From the NCBI GenBank assembly GCA_043803815.1, contig JAZDJR010000035.1, forward strand, positions 1-64,000: 64,000 nucleotides of DNA, in the 5' to 3' direction. The notes beneath the pieces were generated by a model. That model searched no databases. It saw nothing but the letters and a program-made list of their open reading frames with translations, and was not told the origin of the DNA. Within the stretch, counting starts at the first letter, position 1. The number at the start of each line of letters is the position of its first letter. Made by a program: the position numbers and the translations under genes. This document shows, piece by piece, positions 57,637-64,000 of this stretch. The stretch comes from Candidatus Micrarchaeota archaeon. Its GTDB lineage: Archaea; Iainarchaeota; Iainarchaeia; Iainarchaeales; JAGVWC01.

Positions 57637-59220
57637 TCACCTTTTTTGTTTATAAACCTTGAACGCCCCGAATTCAAAAACAGGGGGCCGCCCCAAATCA
57701 AAATTGAACTGGCCAGTATTAAAAACGACATACTCAACTTCGGTCTGGTTGATACAGGAAATGCAGCCGGCTTCGATTTGTTTTTGGATTTTTTCGCGGT
57801 TTAACGATTCGTCGGAACCCGAAACGACCTGCAAAACCGAATCCGGCAAAAAATGATCGACCAAAGGGTCGAACGGAATCTTATTGGAAACCGCCGCAAT
57901 CCAGCCACCGCCGTCGGCCAAAAAAAGCGTTTTTTTCAGGGCAGGGTCGAACTTTTTGAATGCCAGCGCAAACGCTTCGTCCTGAACCGTTGCCTTGGAA
58001 CCCGACCTGGCATGGGCCAAATCTGACGAGGCAAAAAAAGACGCGAGGCAAAGCAGGACAATCAATAGCAGGACGGTCTGAAACGGCTTCCAACCGGAAT
58101 GCCGCTTCTCGAACTTTTCCCAGACAAAGGTCGCAAAAAAAGTTCCCGCAAAAATAACGGCAAACAGGCTGAACAGGAAAAAAAACTTGTCCGAATGCGG
58201 AAGGCCGATGGCGGAAAAGAAAAGATAAAATAAAAGCCAGACCACGGAAAAAATAAACGCATCGGACGATTTTTTTCCGGAAGAAAAAACCGCGGAAAGT
58301 AAAAACAAAACCAGAGGAACCAAGCCGAACCACAGGGGCACGGCGATTAAGGCGGCCCAAAGGCCGGAAAGACTAAAGGACGCCAGCTGTCCCGGCGCGT
58401 TTGTAAAAACCGGAAGGTACGTCAGCAGTATGGCGGGAATCGAAAGGCAGGCAGAAAGCAAAAGCCCGAGGCCGAACTTGAAATCGCGTTTTTGGATTGT
58501 TTTAAACGCCAAAAAAAGTGCCAATAACGGACCGGTTGCGGGATGAAAAACAATCGTTGCGGGCAAAAGCAAAAACGCAAGCGGGCTTTTTTTTTCGAAA
58601 AAATACCAGGCGCCGATAAAAAGCGCGAAGCTGGCAAGCAAAGGAAAAACGCCATAATAAAAATTCTGGAAAATAACTTTCGTCCCGATCAGCAATGCCG
58701 CGGAAATCAGGGAAGCGTTATGGTTTTTGGACAGCGCAAAGGCCATCCAGTATACCAAAGCAACAAGAATGACGGAAAAAACAAGCCCTAAAAACCAGAC
58801 GATTTGGTAATCGGAAACAAAGAAAAACAATTTGGAAACCGCGTTTGAAAACAAGGCAAATCCTATCTGGTAAGTGAACTTCAGGTCGGAATACGGCGCG
58901 TAAGTGCCGGGAATTTTGTCGTTTAGAATGCGGATATTGGTAATATGCAGGACATCGGAACTGGCCGGAAAAAACGGGTGAACCAAAAGCAGCGGGTATG
59001 CAGCCAGACCAAGCATCAACAGGCACAATACCAAAACGCTTTTGGGCAGGGGCATGTTTTCGATTTCCTTGCCCCATTTTTTTACCGCGAAAAACGCGGC
59101 GAACGCGCTTAACAGCAAAATCGGAATCGGAAACAGGTTCCAAAAGCCGATCCACAGGCTGGACAAGGCGACAACGGATGCCCAGACCAAAAAGCCGAAA
59201 ACCAAGGATGAAAGCTTCAT
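57637..59220 (-). CDS. GT-C-like multi-TM membrane protein
   Basis: SD..H, Y..GF, HP, about 13 TMs, C-terminal DGGGWI domain. Confidence 0.6.
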   Translation of the reverse strand: MKLSSLVFGFLVWASVVALSSLWIGFWNLFPIPILLLSAFAAFFAVKKWGKEIENMPLPKSVLVLCLLMLGLAAYPLLLVHPFFPASSDVLHITNIRILNDKIPGTYAPYSDLKFTYQIGFALFSNAVSKLFFFVSDYQIVWFLGLVFSVILVALVYWMAFALSKNHNASLISAALLIGTKVIFQNFYYGVFPLLASFALFIGAWYFFEKKSPLAFLLLPATIVFHPATGPLLALFLAFKTIQKRDFKFGLGLLLSACLSIPAILLTYLPVFTNAPGQLASFSLSGLWAALIAVPLWFGLVPLVLFLLSAVFSSGKKSSDAFIFSVVWLLFYLFFSAIGLPHSDKFFFLFSLFAVIFAGTFFATFVWEKFEKRHSGWKPFQTVLLLIVLLCLASFFASSDLAHARSGSKATVQDEAFALAFKKFDPALKKTLFLADGGGWIAAVSNKIPFDPLVDHFLPDSVLQVVSGSDESLNREKIQKQIEAGCISCINQTEVEYVVFNTGQFNFDLGRPPVFEFGAFKVYKQKR

Positions 59221-59904
59221 TTATTTCCTCTTTTTTCGGGCTACGGTAAAAATAGTGAAGCGGCGGTTATCAAACTGTTTTTCGATTTCAAAATCGTGCT
59301 TTCGGAAAAAACCCGCAATCGACGCGGGCGAAAAATGATTGACATGGCCGGCCTCTTTTTTGAAATATTCGTTTTGGCGAAGCGTGCCGTGCAAAAAACA
59401 CTGCATGAAAAAAAGCGGTTTCCAAAGACTGACGATTGTGTCATACGGAACGGTTGCCAACACGACGCCGTTCGGCGCCAAAATCCGGCGGATTTCGTCG
59501 ATGGCGTCTTCAAAATCGGGCAAATGTTCCAATACTTCCGAAATAACCACGACATCCGCGCTTTGGCTTGGCAAACCGGTTTTTTGGACGGATGCTACCC
59601 GAGAATCCGAAAGGCGGCCTTCTTTTTTAGCCTTGGAAAGCATGCTCGGATTCAAATCAATGCCCAAAACGGGAAGGCGTTCGATGTTCCAGTTGACGGT
59701 TCCGCAGCCTAAATCGACGATTTTGGCTTTGTCAAACGCAAATTCCTTGACGGTTTTTAGTATCAGTTCGTTTTTGGAGCGGTGAAACCAGCGGCGTACC
59801 GGATTGGCCGAATTCATCATTTCTTCGTGAAAATCAGGTTCAAAATCGCGGTAAGAAATTTCTGCGGAAGCGTTGGACTGGTTTTGCCGCAAAGAGGAAG
59901 CCAT
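59221..59904 (-). CDS. Class I SAM-dependent methyltransferase
   Basis: DLGCG, GID, EVLEHL, L.P.G, TVP, GHV..F. Confidence 0.82.
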   Translation of the reverse strand: MASSLRQNQSNASAEISYRDFEPDFHEEMMNSANPVRRWFHRSKNELILKTVKEFAFDKAKIVDLGCGTVNWNIERLPVLGIDLNPSMLSKAKKEGRLSDSRVASVQKTGLPSQSADVVVISEVLEHLPDFEDAIDEIRRILAPNGVVLATVPYDTIVSLWKPLFFMQCFLHGTLRQNEYFKKEAGHVNHFSPASIAGFFRKHDFEIEKQFDNRRFTIFTVARKKRK

Positions 59905-60005
59905 ACAACACCTCCAAAAAGATATAATATAAGGTTTATGATACGGATATTTAAAGGTTTAAAAACCCGGTAAAAAAACCGTTTTCTTGTGTTGAATGAT
60001 GCTCT

Positions 60006-60962
60006 ATGCCTTTGGCAAAAAAAATCCGCTCATTTTTGCCCGTCATCGGACTTGTCTTTTTGCTGGTTATTTTAGCTTCGGTTGACCGGGAAAAAATTTG
60101 GTCGGTTCTTTCAAAAGCGGACCTGTCGCTGTTGGCTTTGGCCTTGGCTACCAACGGATTGGTGGTCATCATAAAAGGCGTCAAATGGAGAACGTTTTTT
60201 TTCGATAAAAAAAACAAGGTGTCGACCAGCGAATGCATTCAGGGATTTTTAAAAGGATTTTTTTTAAGCGTGGTCACTCCCGGCCGCATCGGGGACTTTG
60301 CCCGCGCATTTTTTGTAAAGGGCAAAGTAGGGTTTTCATTCGGACTGGCCAGCGTTATTCTGGACCGCCTGACCGATATTATTCTTTTATTGGCGTTGTC
60401 GTTTCTTTCTTTGGTCGCATTTTTTTTCCTCACCCAAAACTGGATTGTCAACCCGCTATTGATACTCGCCCTGATTGCGGCTCTGCTTTTGGGCGTTTTT
60501 TATGTCCTTCGAAAAAGCAAAAAAGGGTTTTTCAGGAGCTTTTTTTTTGCGATTACGCCGGAACGATACCGCACCCGCGTCCAGAACACATATGGGAAAA
60601 TTACCCAGGAACTGCGGGATGCCGGTCGCCACAAAAGCGAACTTTTTTTGGGAAGTATTCTTGGAATTATTATCTGGTTTTTTTGCGCCTTGGCCGGTTT
60701 TTGGATCGGAAGCGCGATCGGAATCCAACAGCCATTTTATTTTTTCGGCATTATCGTCCTGTTGCTGGCCTTACTTGAAATAATCCCAATTACGTTTGCG
60801 GGCCTTGGAACCCGTGAAGCGGGAGCAATTTTTTTGTTTTCAACCGTCGGGATTTCAGCTGAAACCGCGGTGGCCTATTCGCTTTTGCTGTTCTTTACGG
60901 CCTATATTCCGATCAGCGTGCTGGGCGGCCTGCTCTTTATGCAAAAACCCGACAAGCTCTGA
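60006..60962 (+). CDS. Lysylphosphatidylglycerol-synthase TM-region (flippase-like) protein
   Basis: KW, TPGRIGDF.R, DRL.D, IPITFAGLGTRE. Confidence 0.82.
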   Translation: MPLAKKIRSFLPVIGLVFLLVILASVDREKIWSVLSKADLSLLALALATNGLVVIIKGVKWRTFFFDKKNKVSTSECIQGFLKGFFLSVVTPGRIGDFARAFFVKGKVGFSFGLASVILDRLTDIILLLALSFLSLVAFFFLTQNWIVNPLLILALIAALLLGVFYVLRKSKKGFFRSFFFAITPERYRTRVQNTYGKITQELRDAGRHKSELFLGSILGIIIWFFCALAGFWIGSAIGIQQPFYFFGIIVLLLALLEIIPITFAGLGTREAGAIFLFSTVGISAETAVAYSLLLFFTAYIPISVLGGLLFMQKPDKL

Positions 60963-61016
60963 ATTTTTTTGGAATCAAACGGGAATTGCGGCATTGGGCA
61001 ATTAAAAAAACAGGTT

Positions 61017-61790
61017 TTACTGGGCAGTTTTTTTTGAGAACCAGCCGGCATAGGTATTTCGGACTTCTTCCAAAACTTCCAAAGTCCCGATGTCAAACCA
61101 GTGGTCGGAAGGATTGTCGAACACGAAACCATACACGGGCTTTTGCCTGTACAGCCATTGCACGAATTCGCCTGGCTTGTCGGGACTGTTTCCCGCGTCC
61201 AGATAAGTCTTGAAATCGCGGACGGTTTTTTTGGTGTAAAAATACACGCCGATGGATACTAAAGTCGAAGCCGGCTGGAGCGGCTTTTCGACGAAAAAAT
61301 TAACCCTGCGATTGGCATCCATCCGTACCTCGCCCATTTTGCGGGCTTCTTCGAAAGTCTTGACGTCATAGCACGCGATTAAATCCGTTTTTTTGGACAA
61401 AAATTCTTTTTGCATTTCCAAAATCGAAAACGTGAACAGGTTGTCGCCTGAAACCCAAATTAAATCGGAATCAATTTTTTCCTTTTTTATGGCGAACCAT
61501 GCGTCGCCGATGGCACCCAGCCGGTTTTCGTTGGAAGTTGTTCCGTCATCCAGCACAATAATCGGAACGGAAATTTTTTTTTGAAAATCATCGGCCCAAG
61601 AATCGAACTGGCTGAAAAAAACATGGTTGGAAACCACGACTATTTTTTCAATGTCGGGAAGTTCAAGAATTTTTTGGATGACCTGTTCAATCATGGGTTT
61701 TCCAGCGATTTCCAACAGCGCCTTGGGCTTGTCCTTGGTCAAAGGGTACAGGCGCGTCGCGTATCCCGCCACCGGAATCAATGCAATCAA
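61017..61790 (-). CDS. Sugar-1-phosphate nucleotidyltransferase
   Basis: AGYATRL.PLT...PK.LL, GDN, EKP, WFDIG. Confidence 0.87.
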   Translation of the reverse strand: MIALIPVAGYATRLYPLTKDKPKALLEIAGKPMIEQVIQKILELPDIEKIVVVSNHVFFSQFDSWADDFQKKISVPIIVLDDGTTSNENRLGAIGDAWFAIKKEKIDSDLIWVSGDNLFTFSILEMQKEFLSKKTDLIACYDVKTFEEARKMGEVRMDANRRVNFFVEKPLQPASTLVSIGVYFYTKKTVRDFKTYLDAGNSPDKPGEFVQWLYRQKPVYGFVFDNPSDHWFDIGTLEVLEEVRNTYAGWFSKKTAQ

Positions 61791-63085
61791 ACCGATTCCC
61801 TTCCCATGCTGATATATTCAAAGCCGAGCTTTTTCATTTCAATGGGCTTAAACATGTTGCGCCCGTCAAAAATAAGCGGCTGTTTGAGCAGTTTTTTGGC
61901 TTTTAACCAGTCCATTCGCTTGAACTGGTCCCATTCGGTGGCGATTACGATGCAATCCGCGTCGGCCATGGCGTCAAATTCGCCGGAACAAAAAGTCACG
62001 TTTTTCGACTGGCTTTTTGCATTTTCCATCGCAACCGGGTCGAATGCTCGGATAATAGCCCCTTCTTTTTGAAGCGCCGCAATAATATCAAGGCTTGGCG
62101 CGCAGCGCAAATCGTCCGTATTGGGCTTGAACGCGAGCCCGAGCACGCAAACGGTTTTTCCTTTCAAGGCACCCATCTTTTTTTTGATTTTTTGGACAAA
62201 GTGAATCCGCTGATTGCCGTTGATTTTCTGCACTTCTTTTAGAATTTCAAAATCGAACCCTTTTTTTTGGGCAATCGTGATAAAAGCGTCCACGTCTTTT
62301 GGAAAACAGCTTCCGCCGTAGCCGATTCCCGCGTTAAAAAAATGCTTTCCGATGCGGTGGTCCAATGCCATTCCGTTGACGACATCCTCGATGTCCGCGC
62401 CGGTGTGCTCGCACAGGTTGGCCAAAGAGTTGGCGTACGAAATTTTTAAGGCCAAAAACGAATTGGACGCGTGCTTGATGAGTTCGGCGCTGTTAATATC
62501 CGTAAACAAAATCGGGCAGTTCAACGGCCCGTATAATTCCCGCATTTTTTCGCGGGCGTTTTCGCTGTCGGTTCCGATGACCACGCGGTCGGGATGCAAA
62601 AAGTCGTGCACCGCGCTTCCTTCGCGCAAAAATTCCGGATTGCTGACAACGGAAAAATGGGTCTTGTGGTCGTTATGCGTAATCAGAAGTTCGTAAAGGC
62701 GCTTTCCGGTTTCCACCGGAACCGTGCTTTTTTCAACCACGATTTTGGGGGATTTGGCGTTTTCCGCAATTTGGCGGGCGACGTTTTCAACAAAGGACAA
62801 ATCGGCCTCTCCGTTGGGCATGGACGGCGTTCCAACGGCGATAAAAATAATTTCGGATTCGTTGACGGCTTTGGCCAAATCGGTCGAGAAAAACAGGCGC
62901 TTGGCGTTGAAATTGCGCCTGATGATTTCTTCAAGCCCAGGCTCGAAAATCGGCATTTCCAGGCGGTTTAATTTCCGGATTTTTTCCTCGACCATGTCCA
63001 CGCAAATCACCCGGTTGCCCAGTTCGGCAAGGCATGTGCCCGTAACCAATCCCACATATCCTGTTCCGATAATGCAAATGTTCAT
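61787..63085 (-). CDS. ugd: UDP-glucose 6-dehydrogenase
   Basis: GTGYVG, KSTVP, NPEFLREG, GYGGSCFPKD, FKPNTDD.R, DGRN. Confidence 0.93.
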   Translation of the reverse strand: MNICIIGTGYVGLVTGTCLAELGNRVICVDMVEEKIRKLNRLEMPIFEPGLEEIIRRNFNAKRLFFSTDLAKAVNESEIIFIAVGTPSMPNGEADLSFVENVARQIAENAKSPKIVVEKSTVPVETGKRLYELLITHNDHKTHFSVVSNPEFLREGSAVHDFLHPDRVVIGTDSENAREKMRELYGPLNCPILFTDINSAELIKHASNSFLALKISYANSLANLCEHTGADIEDVVNGMALDHRIGKHFFNAGIGYGGSCFPKDVDAFITIAQKKGFDFEILKEVQKINGNQRIHFVQKIKKKMGALKGKTVCVLGLAFKPNTDDLRCAPSLDIIAALQKEGAIIRAFDPVAMENAKSQSKNVTFCSGEFDAMADADCIVIATEWDQFKRMDWLKAKKLLKQPLIFDGRNMFKPIEMKKLGFEYISMGRESV

Positions 63086-63158
63086 TTTTTCACCCTTTCA
63101 ACGGCTTTTAGGCGGGAGTTTAAAAAACCGCATTGGTTCAATGGCAAAAAAACGGGTT

Positions 63159-64000
63159 TTAGGCAAACCCGTTTTGGGAATACCATTCCAAAGTTTGGTC
63201 AAGCCCTCTTTCAATCGGGGTTTGGGCAACAAATCCCAGCAGTTTTTTGGCTTTGGAAACGTCGGCGGAAAACCGGATGACTTCTCCCGTGCGCGGCCTA
63301 GCCAAAACCAATTTGGGTTTAACCCCCATTTTTTGGGCCAGCAATTCGGCGACTTTCAAAAGGCGGGTGGGTTTTTCAGGGGCAATGTTAAACGACCGGT
63401 TTTTGGCGAATTCGAATTTTTGAATCAGCAAAATCACCGCTTCCACCGCGTCGTCCAAAAACGTAAACGGCAGCTCTTTTTCTTTTCCAAAAATAGTGAT
63501 TGCTTCTTTTTTTTTGTTCAGGCGGATAAGAAGGGGAATCAAGCGGTCGCTGTCGTCATAGCGGCCGTAGACGTTTGAAAAGCGGATAATCTGATAATCG
63601 ATGCCGAACGAAAAGTGATAAGAGGAAATGAATGATTCCGCGGAAACCTTGGACGCCGCATAAGGGGATTCCGTACCGGAAATGTCGACATCGGCTTCAC
63701 TTGACGGCTGTTTGGAATTGTTTCCGTATACTTCGCGGCTGGAAGAAAACAAAAAACGGGAAATCTTTTTTTTGCGGCAAAATTCCAGGCAATTCAGGGT
63801 CATGAGTATATTGTCGATTGCCAATTGGGGATTCTGCACGGAATTAAAGACATACGCATTGGCTGCCAGATGAATGAAAAAATCCGGTTTTTTGGAAATT
63901 TTTTCCAATGCATCCGGCTTTCGCAGGTCGGCCAAAACCGTTTTTTGGTCAACCGCTTGGCTCCAGCGGTTGGAAACACGGTCAACGCCGATTACTTCAA
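63159..64000 (-). CDS. NAD-dependent epimerase/dehydratase, 5' end beyond the window
   Basis: Frame stays open to the window edge (EVIGVDR...); HLAA, SSREVYG, YAASK, RFSNVYG. Confidence 0.83.
   Translation of the reverse strand, partial: EVIGVDRVSNRWSQAVDQKTVLADLRKPDALEKISKKPDFFIHLAANAYVFNSVQNPQLAIDNILMTLNCLEFCRKKKISRFLFSSSREVYGNNSKQPSSEADVDISGTESPYAASKVSAESFISSYHFSFGIDYQIIRFSNVYGRYDDSDRLIPLLIRLNKKKEAITIFGKEKELPFTFLDDAVEAVILLIQKFEFAKNRSFNIAPEKPTRLLKVAELLAQKMGVKPKLVLARPRTGEVIRFSADVSKAKKLLGFVAQTPIERGLDQTLEWYSQNGFA

Noticed and set aside
1-64000. CRISPR array, tRNA, rRNA, provirus
   Set aside because: No repeat-spacer periodicity, no intergenic gap resembling a structured RNA gene, and no viral hallmark genes recognised.

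Overview
Archaeal DNA, judged from AglB/STT3, an archaeal-type SepF, TATA-like promoters and GGTGA-type RBSs. A reduced-genome DPANN-like lineage is my inference only. The window has four parts. (1) 1-141: right end of an IS481/IS3-like element that truncates a Yip1 gene. (2) 0.7-9.5 kb: an arginine-catabolic block without arginine deiminase: carbamate kinase, ArcE-type arginine synthetase, ornithine carbamoyltransferase, class III aminotransferase, aldehyde dehydrogenase, glutamate dehydrogenase and an FNR-like flavoprotein, with sepF in the middle. (3) 9.6-64 kb: a >54 kb surface-glycosylation island with aglB, aglH/GPT, split Alg14/Alg13, a flippase, 6 GT4, 5 GT2, 5 GT-C-like membrane proteins, sugar-nucleotide enzymes, 7 SAM methyltransferases and 3 cobalamin-binding radical-SAM enzymes. 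(4) 42-47.5 kb, inside that island and the best candidate for an undescribed system: a putative corrinoid capture, import and sensing module. It has a transcobalamin-like secreted protein, an ECF S-component, a DUF4430 lipoprotein, an ArsR-HTH fused to a DUF4430-like domain next to a perfect 18-bp palindrome, and an MtrA-like/degenerate ThyA/DUF4346 fusion. I saw no rRNA, tRNA or CRISPR array. All family calls come from motif recognition by eye; no database searches were run.
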